Shown here in pieces: positions 1-11,762 of a stretch of 64,000 nt of DNA. Position 1 is the first letter of the stretch. Each line of letters starts with the position of its first letter. Location of the stretch: positions 192,001-256,000 of the forward strand of contig JAQBYT010000001.1 of NCBI GenBank assembly GCA_027622665.1, given 5' to 3'. The notes below the pieces were generated by a model. The model saw nothing but the letters and a program-made list of their open reading frames with translations, was not told the DNA's origin and did not search any database. Both the position numbers and the translations under genes were made by a program. The DNA is from Verrucomicrobiota bacterium (lineage in GTDB: Bacteria; Verrucomicrobiota; Verrucomicrobiia; Opitutales; Seribacteraceae).

Positions 1-131
1 GAAGCCCTAGATGAGTGGGAGGGAAATCTGGGTTTCCCTATGGAGTGATTGCTTTTGACTGATGGTCCGCGGTGGGGACTGATCGGCAAATCCTGTCCTG
101 CGTTTTTAGCGTTCCGTTGTCGGGCTCACGC

Positions 132-1574
<1,443 letters not shown>

Positions 1575-1593
1575 CTCGGATTTTAGTGTTCAG

Positions 1594-4200
1594 TTAGTCT
1601 ACAAAAATAAATTCGTTCAGGCACAGCATTAGCTGGCAAAAATCGGCGACCGCCAAGTCGGCGGCGTTGCCAGTGCCGCCGTAGGATGCGGTCTGGCCAT
1701 TGATAAAGCCGACCATCTGCGCCTTCTCCGCAACGGTCGGCGGCCGCGACAGGGCCAGGGCGTAGGCCTGTTCGACCACCTGGTCGGGCGGCGTGTCGGC
1801 GGCGGGACGGATGCGCGTGACAAATTTTTCTGCCAGCTGGCGAGCGAGCGCCGAGTTCATCATCGCCAGCGCCTGTGGTGGGACGGTGGTGACGATGCGG
1901 TGGCCGATGCTCTGGATGGAGTCGGGCGCGTCGAACAGCTGCAACATAGGCACGAGGTTGCTGCGCTTCACGGTGAGGTAGATGCTACGCCGTGGGCTGG
2001 CCTGATCGAGCGAGCCCATGCCGAACATCGTCTTGTCGAGCGAGCCACTCACGGCGAGCAGGGTATCGCGGATGACCTCGGCCTCGAGACGCACCGTGCC
2101 GTGGCGCCACCACAGTCCGTTTTCCGGATCCGCCTTCACCGCCGCCGCGTTGGTCTCGCCCGACTGACGGTAGACAGCGCTCATCAGGATCTGTTTGTGG
2201 ATCGGCTTGAGCTTCCAGCCGCCGCGGACCAGCTCGACGGCGAGGAAGTCGAGCAGTTCCGGATGCGTCGGGCGGGTGCCCTGGCTACCGAGATCGCTCG
2301 GCGTCGCGACGATGCCGCGGCTCATGTGATGTTGCCACAGGCGGTTGACGATCACGCGTGCGAGCAGCGGGCCGGCACCTTGTTGTAGGTCGGTCAGCCA
2401 GCTCGCCAGTGCGACACGCGGCGGGACTGGCACTGGGTCGCCACCTTCAGCCGCCGTGTTCAACCACTGCTGCGCTGTCGTGCCCGACGTCTCCAGCACG
2501 CTCAAAAAGCCCGGCGTGGCGAGCTCCTGCTTAGCATACGAGTTGCCGCGCTCCAAGAAATACACCTTGCGGGTATCGGCACCAAAATTGTAAGTCGCGC
2601 CGCCTTTGCGCGCGGCGAATACCTTGGTGATAGCCGGCGTCGGCTGGGTCTTGAGGTGTTCTTGTTCGGCCAGGTTCAACTTGCTCCAGTCGGCGTCGCG
2701 CGGTGCATACCACTTCGCCAATTCCGCCTTCTGCTGGTCATTGCGCTTGTCGGCGGCCAGGTCGAAGATGTCTTGGATATTCTTGGGGATTCCGGGCTTG
2801 GTACTAAAGTAGAAACCCGAGGGACCCGAAGAGTTGACGATCTTGACCAGCAGATGGTTGGCACCGGCGAGCAGCTGCAGCGTGACCTTGTCCTGATCAG
2901 GCGACGCCCCCCCAGAGGTCTCCAGCGCATACACCTGCTTGCCGTTGAGGAACACCTTGATCGCGTCGTCGCGCCCGAGCGAGATCTCCAACGGCCTCGA
3001 CTCCCCCACCTCGATGGTGCGGTAGAGGTAGTTGGCGCTGTTGTCTCCCGTCAGCGTGTTGTGCACCTGGCCATCTTTCCACTCCGGCCGGGGCGTCCAC
3101 TTCAAGGCGTCGTAGGCCTTGCCGAGATCGATCTCCTTCTCCGGCGCGAACGCCTCCTCGAACGCTTTCTTAAAATCCGCCGCACCGAACGGCCCGATGA
3201 CTTGCCAGTCCCCCAGCTTCTCCGGCGACGGCGGTGCCGATCGCGTCGCCAGCCACTGATCTAATCTGCCGGACAGCTGGTCTTTCTCAAACTGCACCCG
3301 CGCATCGACGAAGGATTTGTGTGCCGCATCGAATTTCTCCTTGGCCACCCGCGTTCCGGCCGTATCAGGATCGTGGTCAAAATCTTGAAATCCGGTCTCG
3401 GCGAAGCAGGCCACGAAACGGTAATAGTCATGCGTGGTGAGCGGGTCGTATTTGTGATCATGGCACCTCGCACAACCGACAGTTAATCCCAACATCGACG
3501 TGCCGATGGTGCCGACGACATCGTCGAGTTGTTCATAGCGGCTCCGCTCGCGTTCTTTCTGGGTCTGCTGCGAAGTGAATGGCCCGGCGGCGAGAAATCC
3601 GGTGGCGGCCTGCGCCATGTAGCTCTCGGGCGCAATCTGGTCGCCGGCGATCTGCAGCCGCACGAATTGGTCGTAAGGCATGCCCTCATTGAGTGCCTTG
3701 ATGACGAAATCGCGGTAGTGGAACGCCCCTGCCCGATCCTGGTCGAAGGCGTAGCCGTTGCTCTCCGCGAAGCGCGCCAGGTCGAGCCAGTGGCGTGCCC
3801 AGCGCTCGCCATAGTGCGAGCCGGCCAGTAGACGGTCGATCAGGTGCTCGTAGGCGTCCGGCGAAGGATCGGCCACAAAGGCCTCGACCTCGGCGGGTTC
3901 GGGGGGTAGCCCCCACAGATCGAAGTAGACGCGCCGCACGAGCGTCCGGCGGTTAGCTTCGTCGTTCGGCGCGAGCCCCTGCGCCTGCAGCGGCGCGAGG
4001 ATGAAACGATCGATATCGGTGCGCACCCAAGGCGTTGCTTTCACCTGCGGCGGCGCGACCGCCTTGAGCGGCTGGAAAGACCAGAATCCGCGCCCGGGCT
4101 CGATGTCGATGGAGGCTTTGGTTACGCCTTTGACAGGTGCGGGCACATGGGCGAGCAACAGCAAGACGAAAGAGAGGGTCGCGGGAAACATTCGATTCAT
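1594..4200 (-). CDS. DUF1549/DUF1553 (PSCyt2/PSD1) protein with an inserted beta-sandwich domain
   Basis: Signal peptide; WSFQPL, YGERWARHWLDLARFAES, CARCHDHKYDP heme-type motif, ARVIVNRLWQHH, PTHPELLD, RLEAEVIRD, TTVPPQAL, NEFIFVD. Confidence 0.9.
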   Translation of the reverse strand: MNRMFPATLSFVLLLLAHVPAPVKGVTKASIDIEPGRGFWSFQPLKAVAPPQVKATPWVRTDIDRFILAPLQAQGLAPNDEANRRTLVRRVYFDLWGLPPEPAEVEAFVADPSPDAYEHLIDRLLAGSHYGERWARHWLDLARFAESNGYAFDQDRAGAFHYRDFVIKALNEGMPYDQFVRLQIAGDQIAPESYMAQAATGFLAAGPFTSQQTQKERERSRYEQLDDVVGTIGTSMLGLTVGCARCHDHKYDPLTTHDYYRFVACFAETGFQDFDHDPDTAGTRVAKEKFDAAHKSFVDARVQFEKDQLSGRLDQWLATRSAPPSPEKLGDWQVIGPFGAADFKKAFEEAFAPEKEIDLGKAYDALKWTPRPEWKDGQVHNTLTGDNSANYLYRTIEVGESRPLEISLGRDDAIKVFLNGKQVYALETSGGASPDQDKVTLQLLAGANHLLVKIVNSSGPSGFYFSTKPGIPKNIQDIFDLAADKRNDQQKAELAKWYAPRDADWSKLNLAEQEHLKTQPTPAITKVFAARKGGATYNFGADTRKVYFLERGNSYAKQELATPGFLSVLETSGTTAQQWLNTAAEGGDPVPVPPRVALASWLTDLQQGAGPLLARVIVNRLWQHHMSRGIVATPSDLGSQGTRPTHPELLDFLAVELVRGGWKLKPIHKQILMSAVYRQSGETNAAAVKADPENGLWWRHGTVRLEAEVIRDTLLAVSGSLDKTMFGMGSLDQASPRRSIYLTVKRSNLVPMLQLFDAPDSIQSIGHRIVTTVPPQALAMMNSALARQLAEKFVTRIRPAADTPPDQVVEQAYALALSRPPTVAEKAQMVGFINGQTASYGGTGNAADLAVADFCQLMLCLNEFIFVD

Positions 4201-4351
4201 GGATTCGGTAGCTTGTGGGAAATCAGGATAAGTACGAACTCGGCCGGGTGCACGCCAGCAAGGCCAAGCTGGATGGGACCAGGGTTTTGTTCTTCCCGTC
4301 TCCGTCGATACGGATGGTTCTCAAGATAACCGAAAGACCGTCTTTTTCCAT

Positions 4352-5842
4352 CTACTCGAGCAATCGATTCAAGGTATACCAAGCCGTGTTGTTGGCCATG
4401 GAGCTAGCGTCCTTCGCCTTGTAGCCGTTGAGAACGATCTTGTACACACGCTCCGTCTCGAGCGGTGCCTCCAAGTGGACGCTTAGTCCATCCTCGGCCA
4501 CCGTCACTTTGGTGGGAGCCTCTTTCTTATGGTTCGTTTTTCCGGAGCCGTATTGGGGATGATAATGGTACCCCCAGCGCTCCACTAGATAACTTTTCGC
4601 CTCGCTGGCCAAGGTGGGATCAACCGGCTTGGTAAAGGTAATCCGAAATCCAGTCTTTGTGAGTTTGACGTCCTGCATGGAGAAGGGCTGTGTCTTGCCA
4701 TCCCAAACTAGGCGTTGGAGACCGAACTCCTTGCCGCCCGCCGAACCCCAACCTCGTCCCGTCTGACCCACCCAGAGGCTGCCGTCTTCGGCGAATACAT
4801 GCCGAATGCACCCCGTTTGAAGACGGTTCACAAAGTCGAATATAACGCCTTGGTAATCACCGCCCACCTTCTGAAGGGATACACGCATGATATTGGAACG
4901 ACCTTGGTCCCCGATGAACATTTGGTTCTCGAAAGGGCCGAATTTGCCGTCCGTGTAATTAAAGACAGGTTCTCCGGGAGAATTAGCCAGTTCGCCGTGT
5001 GGAATCCAGACGGCCGGGCGCGACCACAATTTTTCGTATTCCTTGATCGAAATGGCATTGAGATCCTTTCCCTTGTAATCGGGGTGATCCCACAGTGATG
5101 AGGGATGCCCGTGAAAACGACCCTTTACGATGTGATGCAGCGAGCTGGAAGCTTCCCAATCTCCTTGGTTGTCGGTGAAGAACAGTTCGTCATCCTTGCT
5201 TATGCCAATGCCGGCGGGAGAACGCAGACCTGCAGCGTAGGGCTCAAATTCACCGTCGGTGGTTACCTTGAAACACCAACCCCGATATTTCGCAGCGCGT
5301 CCCATTTTGCCATCGTGAACACGAGCAACGTCCCACTTATCACTGCCTGCCCAACCCGGCCAACTCAGCGAGGTGTTGAGCGTGCCATAGAAGTTCCCCT
5401 TCCTGTCGCGGACGAGACCAAAGGCGTACTCATGGTAATTGTCCGTCACTCCCCAGCCTGCGTTGAAAGTTTCGTAAAGGTCGGCTCGTCCATCCCGATT
5501 GGTATCGACCAATTTAGTTATTTCTCCTCGCTGAATTACAAAGGTCTCACTCGTCTTCGGGTCTATCCAGAGACCGAGCGATTCGTGAAGACCGTCCGCG
5601 AACAAGCTCCATTGATTTTTCTTTATGCTGTAATTCCAGACCTCTCCCTCACGCGTACAAATCATAAGTGAACCGTCCGGGGCGAACTCGAGTCCGCCGA
5701 CGCCAAGGGACACTCCCTGCGGAGTCTCGATTTTCTCGACTGAATATCCTGCGGGTATCCTAGCCGGCTTATCTTGAGCAGGGAGAGGGACAATCATGGT
5801 CGATATCCCGACAAAAGCGAAAAAGGAAAGAAAGGTTTTCAT
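4352..5842 (-). CDS. Secreted glucose/sorbosone dehydrogenase-like beta-propeller protein (PVC type)
   Basis: Signal peptide; DTNRDGRAD, YHEYAFG, GLRSPAG, FTDNQGDW, FGPFENQMFIGD, GQTGRGWGS motifs. Confidence 0.75.
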   Translation of the reverse strand: MKTFLSFFAFVGISTMIVPLPAQDKPARIPAGYSVEKIETPQGVSLGVGGLEFAPDGSLMICTREGEVWNYSIKKNQWSLFADGLHESLGLWIDPKTSETFVIQRGEITKLVDTNRDGRADLYETFNAGWGVTDNYHEYAFGLVRDRKGNFYGTLNTSLSWPGWAGSDKWDVARVHDGKMGRAAKYRGWCFKVTTDGEFEPYAAGLRSPAGIGISKDDELFFTDNQGDWEASSSLHHIVKGRFHGHPSSLWDHPDYKGKDLNAISIKEYEKLWSRPAVWIPHGELANSPGEPVFNYTDGKFGPFENQMFIGDQGRSNIMRVSLQKVGGDYQGVIFDFVNRLQTGCIRHVFAEDGSLWVGQTGRGWGSAGGKEFGLQRLVWDGKTQPFSMQDVKLTKTGFRITFTKPVDPTLASEAKSYLVERWGYHYHPQYGSGKTNHKKEAPTKVTVAEDGLSVHLEAPLETERVYKIVLNGYKAKDASSMANNTAWYTLNRLLE

Positions 5843-5864
5843 GATGAAAAAGGAAAGGAAGGAA

Positions 5865-6932
5865 TTAGTTGCGTTCTAGACTAACGAAAAACTCACCGGC
5901 CTGTTTTTTCGGGACCTGGAGAATGCCTTTTTTCGGAGACCACTTTCCCGCTGTCGATGATACCGAAAGTCCGTCACTCTTCAAAAGAAGATAAACATCA
6001 CCCATCGCTTTTTCCACGCGAAAACCGTAAGTGAGAGCTTTCGCGCCGAGTCTACCCGTAACTGTCTGGCTAACCTTGGCTCCATCCACCTCGTAGAGAA
6101 AGGCCGGATTGCCCAGTCTGGAATATCCTCTGAACCGAACCTTTGGTTTTTTGTCCGGGTTACCAATTCGCAAGGGAAATTCTTGTGAACCGACCTCAAA
6201 CTTGTCACCAAGTACTCGACAGGTTCCTCCTCCTCGACCCTTGCGATCAGGTCCTACATTTAAGAATTGTCCCACCCAGCCGAATCGCACCATCAGTGTT
6301 TCGGCATCAAAGAGGTAGTTCACGCCACCGGGCAAGCCAACCGCAATGGATCTACCTGAGTCCACTCCTTGAATGTGAACCCGCACCACGCGGGGTTCGT
6401 CACCCACCTCAAGAATGCCGTTTCTAGGCGTGGTATTTTCAGCCACAATTCTTTTTGCTTCGACAACTGCCTTAGCTGGGTTTTCGCTCACTTTCATCAC
6501 GCCTCGCATGGTGAGGAAGTGTCCGGGAAAGGTGCATACATAAGGGTAATCACCAGTCTTTTTGGGTGCGGTGAAGACTGTTGCCCCTTTCTTGCCAGGT
6601 TGTACCAAGCCGATGCTGGCGATAATGGCGTCATCTTGTGGAATGAAGCTTTTGGTCATCCCATCGGCACCTAGTTTGAGTGCACCGTCGGCGATACGGG
6701 CGAGCTCTTCGTTGCCTCCTTTGGCAAGCAACCAATTGTGAATCATCTCGTCGGTGTTATTCAGGGTTACACTGACGCGGGATCCTGGCTTAACTGCAAA
6801 AACTTCTGTAGCATAACGCAGTTGACCGTGCAATGTGCCAATAACGATGTCGTGCTCGATTTTTTTATCTTCGGCTTGTGCCGAAAAGACTCCCCAAAAA
6901 CAAATTGCGGTAATTAACAGTAATTCTTTCAT
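5865..6932 (-). CDS. Azurin/auracyanin-like type-1 blue copper protein with a C-terminal extension domain
   Basis: Signal peptide; type-1 Cu ligand pattern MIHNW ... YVCTFPGHFLTM. Confidence 0.85.
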   Translation of the reverse strand: MKELLLITAICFWGVFSAQAEDKKIEHDIVIGTLHGQLRYATEVFAVKPGSRVSVTLNNTDEMIHNWLLAKGGNEELARIADGALKLGADGMTKSFIPQDDAIIASIGLVQPGKKGATVFTAPKKTGDYPYVCTFPGHFLTMRGVMKVSENPAKAVVEAKRIVAENTTPRNGILEVGDEPRVVRVHIQGVDSGRSIAVGLPGGVNYLFDAETLMVRFGWVGQFLNVGPDRKGRGGGTCRVLGDKFEVGSQEFPLRIGNPDKKPKVRFRGYSRLGNPAFLYEVDGAKVSQTVTGRLGAKALTYGFRVEKAMGDVYLLLKSDGLSVSSTAGKWSPKKGILQVPKKQAGEFFVSLERN

Positions 6933-7011
6933 AAATTAACATGAGGATTAGCACATGCGATGGAGCAAGCAAGGCTCGAAGTGCATAGGAACTCGGATTG
7001 TATTCTTAAAC

Positions 7012-8181
7012 CTACTTAAACAAGACCGCGTACTCGGAAAGAATCCGAGTAGCTGTTTTGTCGCCGGAGGCAGATGCTTGGCGAAGCCAGTTTTCCGCTT
7101 TCGGGATGTCCTTTTCACAACCCCGACCAGTTAAAAGCATTAGGCCAAGGAAGCGAGCGGCCTCCGCATTTCCTTTGCGAGCCAAAGAGCGGAACAGGGA
7201 GAGTGCTCGTTCGTAATCCTGAGGCACGCCGACTCCCGCGTAATATTTACGAGCTTCCTCCAACTGAATCGCATCAGTCTTAATCGGAACTTTTGCGGTG
7301 GAAGAAATAACTGGGTTGGGAGGAGGCGTACCCATCCCGCGTTTGTAGAGTTGCTCCTTGGCTGCTAGATGGCCCTGTGCGGCAGCAAGTTTTAAAAGCC
7401 GTACTCCTTCGTCTTCTTCCTTTGGGAAATTTTCTTCGCCCTCGAGCAACAGAACTCCCAAGGTGTATTGAGCCTCAGAGAAATTCTGTTTCACCGCGAG
7501 GCGAAACCATCGAGAAGCTTGACTCGCGTTTTTAGGCACTCCATCGCCATTGTAATAGGCCATGCCTAGGTTGAATCGAGCTGAAAGAGAACGGCTTCTC
7601 GCTGCTGTAGAGAGTAAATCGATTCCCTTCCGAATGTCGTGTCCCGGGATCTCCAAGCCTTTGAGGCATAAAGACCCCAAAGTAGCCTGAGCCAAGGGAA
7701 ATCCCGCCTCTGCCGATTTGCGAAAATGCTCTACGGCCCTTGGAATATTAGTCGGACGGACTTGAAAATCAATTTCACCCATACAGAAGAGAGACACGGC
7801 GTCTCCACTTGAAGCCAATCGCTCAAGGCGAAGAGCCGCATCTTGATAGTATTGAGTCGCCAGTTCGAAATTCCCGTCATGCATGGCCAGGTTAGCGAGG
7901 TTATATAGGCCGAATGGATGATTTTTTTTTGCAGATACGCTGGACCACTGCTTGGCCAAGGATAAGTTCACGGCGGAACCAGCTTCACCGGCCCGCAAAT
8001 ATATGCCCAAAAGACCTTGAAAATAAGGAGACCCGGACTGAGCCTTTTCGATAATGCGGGGATAGGTAAGAGCGGGGCTCCACTTTTCTTCAAAATCCGC
8101 TGCACCTTTATAAGTAAAAGCCAATAGCAAGGCTGCCAGCCAAATCAATTTCCCCGAGCTAATATTTACTGAAACTTTCAT
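7012..8181 (-). CDS. Sel1-like repeat protein
   Basis: Repeats such as ARFNLGMAYYNGDGVPKN, AQYTLGVLLLEG, AARFLGLMLLTGRGCEKD; hydrophobic N-terminus. Confidence 0.9.
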   Translation of the reverse strand: MKVSVNISSGKLIWLAALLLAFTYKGAADFEEKWSPALTYPRIIEKAQSGSPYFQGLLGIYLRAGEAGSAVNLSLAKQWSSVSAKKNHPFGLYNLANLAMHDGNFELATQYYQDAALRLERLASSGDAVSLFCMGEIDFQVRPTNIPRAVEHFRKSAEAGFPLAQATLGSLCLKGLEIPGHDIRKGIDLLSTAARSRSLSARFNLGMAYYNGDGVPKNASQASRWFRLAVKQNFSEAQYTLGVLLLEGEENFPKEEDEGVRLLKLAAAQGHLAAKEQLYKRGMGTPPPNPVISSTAKVPIKTDAIQLEEARKYYAGVGVPQDYERALSLFRSLARKGNAEAARFLGLMLLTGRGCEKDIPKAENWLRQASASGDKTATRILSEYAVLFK

Positions 8182-8267
8182 TTGTTCTTATAGAGTACAG
8201 GATAGAACGATACTGATCCAAGCTTGAAAACTTTCGTACTAGAAGACATATATATACTTTTCGTCAC

Positions 8268-9428
8268 ATGGTTCGCATACCCTACTTTAGAAGTTTTCTT
8301 TGCAGCATTCTTTGCGGCTTTGTTGCAGTGGGGAATTTTGAGAAGAAAGAAACTTACAAGCGCGAGGCAATTACCGTCGCCGCTCAACGCTTGGGGCAGA
8401 TCGTGGAACGAGAGCAACTGTTTCTGAAAAACTCCTCGTCGCCCAATAAGCCCCTCAGCGAACAAGAACTCACCCGAAGAGCCCAACAAATACTATCCGC
8501 ATACGAATCTTATCTCGAAGACAATCCTCGAGATGTTAACGGCCTCATACTTTATGGAAAGTTTCTTCGCCGAATGGGACAACCACGACACGCAACAGGC
8601 CTATTTCTTGAAGCAGACAAAATTGATCCTCGCTTAGCGGTAGTTAAACAAAACATTGCAAATTATCTCGTTGAAGAAGGACGATTGGCCGATGCATTGC
8701 CTTTCCTGTTGAAAGCAGTTGAGCTGGAACCAAAAGAACCGGTCTACCACCATCAACTTGGTACTTTTTTGTTTTTATTTAAGGAAGATTTATTGAGCTT
8801 GGGGATTGCATCCGTCCAAGCCAATGACCGCAGCATGCATGAGGCGTTTCGATCAGCAAGCAAACTGGCACCCGACAACTTCGAATATAAGTTGCGGTAC
8901 GCCCAAAGCTTCTTCGATATTTCCGACCCGGACTGGGACAAAGCCTTGGGCGTTTGGCAAGAGCTCCGAAATCAAGCCCGAGATCACCCGCTCTCGGAAC
9001 GAGAATATCTTGCATTGGGAGAAGCCCGCGTCATGACCCAGCTTGGCATGGAGAAAGAAGCGGTTACCATTCTGAAAACCATTACCTCTCCCTCATTGCG
9101 AGCTACGAGAGAAAGCTTAATCAAGGAGCTTAAGGAGTTGGATGCCACGGGGAAGCCGTCACCTAAAAAATCGGCTGAACCGAAAAAGCGGGATAATCGT
9201 AATACGCAACTCAGCCCACTGCCGGGCAAATTCATCGACGACAACTTGAGACGCCTGAGGCATGTTTCCTCAAGACTTGAGGAGGAAAAACTTCTTCGAG
9301 ACCTGCAAGCCGACGCGATTAGAGCCGATTACGACAATAACGGCCAAGTTCGGTTGCGATTAACTAGCTTTACCGAGGTAGAATCAGTTCCCTCGTCAAT
9401 ACGGAATTCGGATACTCGACACCGATGA
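8268..9428 (+). CDS. Tetratricopeptide repeat protein
   Basis: TPR-like helices (ALPFLLKAVELEPKEPVYHHQLG; ASKLAPDNFEYKLRYA); N-terminal hydrophobic segment. Confidence 0.8.
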   Translation: MVRIPYFRSFLCSILCGFVAVGNFEKKETYKREAITVAAQRLGQIVEREQLFLKNSSSPNKPLSEQELTRRAQQILSAYESYLEDNPRDVNGLILYGKFLRRMGQPRHATGLFLEADKIDPRLAVVKQNIANYLVEEGRLADALPFLLKAVELEPKEPVYHHQLGTFLFLFKEDLLSLGIASVQANDRSMHEAFRSASKLAPDNFEYKLRYAQSFFDISDPDWDKALGVWQELRNQARDHPLSEREYLALGEARVMTQLGMEKEAVTILKTITSPSLRATRESLIKELKELDATGKPSPKKSAEPKKRDNRNTQLSPLPGKFIDDNLRRLRHVSSRLEEEKLLRDLQADAIRADYDNNGQVRLRLTSFTEVESVPSSIRNSDTRHR

Positions 9429-10132
9429 ACACATTAGCTGTCCTAGAAGGTCTGCAACCGCATTTCCTTGCTGCATTTACCAATGGTTGGCCCGACAAGT
9501 TGATTTTGTTCTTCGGACTGGTCGCCAGTCTTAGCGTCCATGAATGGGCACACGCAATAACTGCCGACAAACTAGGTGACCCACTGCCTCGTGCCGAAGG
9601 TCGGGTAACGCTTAACCCACTGGCCCACATCGACCCCATAGGCACCGTCCTCATACCTCTCACAGTTCTCTTTTTCAGTCCTGGATTCTCCGTATTCGGC
9701 TGGGGAAAACCAGTTAGAGTTTCATTGCCAAATGAGAAAACTCGAGTTCGAGACGACCTGTTAATTACCGCCGCAGGGCCATTTTCCAACCTCTGTATCG
9801 CCTTGCTGACAGCATGCATTGCCGGACTATTTATCGATCTCGACGATGGAAATGCGCAGATCGGCAAACTTGCGGAGACGATTATTACGCTAAACTGTTT
9901 GCTATTTGTCTTCAACCTCATACCCGTCCCACCATTGGATGGTTCCCATTTTCTCAAACATGCAGTGCGAATGAAGGACGAAACATATGCCAAGCTTAGC
10001 TCCTATGGTTTTTTGATTCTCCTCGTACTGATAAATCTACCGGCGTTCCGACAAACATTTGGCACGGCGATTTTCTTTTGCTCAGGTTTTTTTATAGATT
10101 TGCAAGCGTCTATTAGAGAATTAGTTGCCTAG
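9425..10132 (+). CDS. Site-2 protease (peptidase M50)
   Basis: HEWAH zinc motif, GRVTLNPLAHIDP, AAGPFSN, FNLIPVPPLDG; 4-bp overlap with the TPR gene. Confidence 0.93.
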   Translation: MNTLAVLEGLQPHFLAAFTNGWPDKLILFFGLVASLSVHEWAHAITADKLGDPLPRAEGRVTLNPLAHIDPIGTVLIPLTVLFFSPGFSVFGWGKPVRVSLPNEKTRVRDDLLITAAGPFSNLCIALLTACIAGLFIDLDDGNAQIGKLAETIITLNCLLFVFNLIPVPPLDGSHFLKHAVRMKDETYAKLSSYGFLILLVLINLPAFRQTFGTAIFFCSGFFIDLQASIRELVA

Positions 10133-10182
10133 GTTGACGTTGGCGATTGAGTCTTCTGTGAAAATCACTATTAAACAAGGCC

Positions 10183-11118
10183 ATGCGACCAATCGGTGAA
10201 TTTGATAACGAAGAAAGGGCTTCCACCTTTTCAGGATATCTTAACTACAAGGGAATCTCTTGTGAAGTTGAGGAAGATGACGAGGGAAAGTCATGGACCG
10301 TATGGGCTCATAACGAAGAAACCCTCGCCAAGGCGATTGCCGAGATACATGAATTTCGCCAAAAGCCGGACGCCTCCAAATACGCGGAACTTGCTCGCGA
10401 AGCTCAAAAACAAGAAAAGAAAGAACGCAAAATTGAGGAAAACAAAGCCAGTCGTTGGCGGCAAGAAACCTTGAGAAACCGTTGGCAGGATAGAAACAGA
10501 AGACCTGGAATCATGACTATGGCACTCATCATCACTTGTGCCGCCACATTTTTCGTTTCCAAGATGGGAGAAAATACGGAATCGGTAGGAGCTTTTTATA
10601 TTTCAGAATACGTTCACCTCGGAGCCAAAGATGCCCCTGTATATCTTGCTGCAACGCAGACCGTCCTTCCCGAGGTAATGGAGGGTCAAGTTTGGCGAGT
10701 AATAACACCAATCTTCCTTCATTTCGGGTTCCTTCACATTCTATTCAACATGTTTTGGCTTCACGACTTAGGTAGCCTTATCGAAAACCGACGGGGTACG
10801 GGGTACTTTGTCGCTTTTATTCTATTGGCAGCAATTATATCCAACATTGCTCAGTATTGTGTATCCGGGCCGAGTTTTGGGGGAATGTCGGGAGTGGTAT
10901 ACGGTCTGTTCGGTTATGTTTGGATGAAGGGAAAATTCGACCCTGGAGATGGAATTGAAATGAATCCGTCCACGGTCACTATCATGCTTGCTTGGTTCGC
11001 TCTCTGTTTTACTGGAGTTTTTGGACATGTAGCCAACTGGGCACACGCTGGAGGATTAGCCGTAGGCACGCTATGGGGTTATGCTTCCGCTATGCGATGG
11101 ACGGGCAAAAGAGGTTAG
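10183..11118 (+). CDS. glpG: Rhomboid intramembrane serine protease, GlpG-like with N-terminal soluble domain
   Basis: WRVITPIFLHF, HILFNMFWL, GGMSGVVYG (Ser), ANWAHAGG (His). Confidence 0.88.
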   Translation: MRPIGEFDNEERASTFSGYLNYKGISCEVEEDDEGKSWTVWAHNEETLAKAIAEIHEFRQKPDASKYAELAREAQKQEKKERKIEENKASRWRQETLRNRWQDRNRRPGIMTMALIITCAATFFVSKMGENTESVGAFYISEYVHLGAKDAPVYLAATQTVLPEVMEGQVWRVITPIFLHFGFLHILFNMFWLHDLGSLIENRRGTGYFVAFILLAAIISNIAQYCVSGPSFGGMSGVVYGLFGYVWMKGKFDPGDGIEMNPSTVTIMLAWFALCFTGVFGHVANWAHAGGLAVGTLWGYASAMRWTGKRG

Positions 11119-11155
11119 GAGAAAGGTTATTCCTTCTCTTTGGCCTTTTCGGAAT

Positions 11156-11725
11156 TCAGCTACCCGGCTTTATTGGGGGAATAGCTTCTAGTTCAGGGGG
11201 AAGGGAGTCCGGTTCGTAGGTAGGAAAGCTCATCTCTACGAGAGGGATAAAGGGAACGCCAAAGTCAGCCTTGCCTTCGCTTCGGTCAACCAGTACCGCG
11301 ACGGCACTCACTTTACAACCGATGCCCTGAACGATATCGAGAGCTTCACGTACTCGTCCGCCACGAGTTACAACATCTTCAACGATTAATACGCGCTCGC
11401 TCTCATCTAGTTTAAAATTTCGGCGGAGGGCTAGTTTGTCGTCCACCTTTTCGAGGAACAGGTAGCGTTTTCCCATCCGTCTGGCAATTTCCTGACCGAG
11501 AACGAGACCGCCCATGGCAGGCGCCACCACAACGTCGATCTCAAGATGCCCCATTTGAGCGATAAGCATCTCGCTGAGTCTGCTTACCTTGTCGAGATAC
11601 TGACATACCTGTGCGCATTGAAAAAAATGGCCGCTACGCAAACCTGAGCGTAGAGTGAAATGACCAGTCAATAGGGCACCGGTTTCCTTGAAAATCGATA
11701 GAGCTTCCTCTTGCGAGTTTTGCAT
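11156..11725 (-). CDS. pyrE: Orotate phosphoribosyltransferase
   Basis: GALLTGHFTLRSGLRS; PRPP motif VLIVEDVVTRG; start moved to MQNSQEE (ATG at 11725) to avoid overlap with bioC. Confidence 0.92.
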   Translation of the reverse strand: MQNSQEEALSIFKETGALLTGHFTLRSGLRSGHFFQCAQVCQYLDKVSRLSEMLIAQMGHLEIDVVVAPAMGGLVLGQEIARRMGKRYLFLEKVDDKLALRRNFKLDESERVLIVEDVVTRGGRVREALDIVQGIGCKVSAVAVLVDRSEGKADFGVPFIPLVEMSFPTYEPDSLPPELEAIPPIKPGS

Positions 11726-11762
11726 GCATGGGAAGGTTTCAAGCCCTTCCCAAAAAGCAAAC

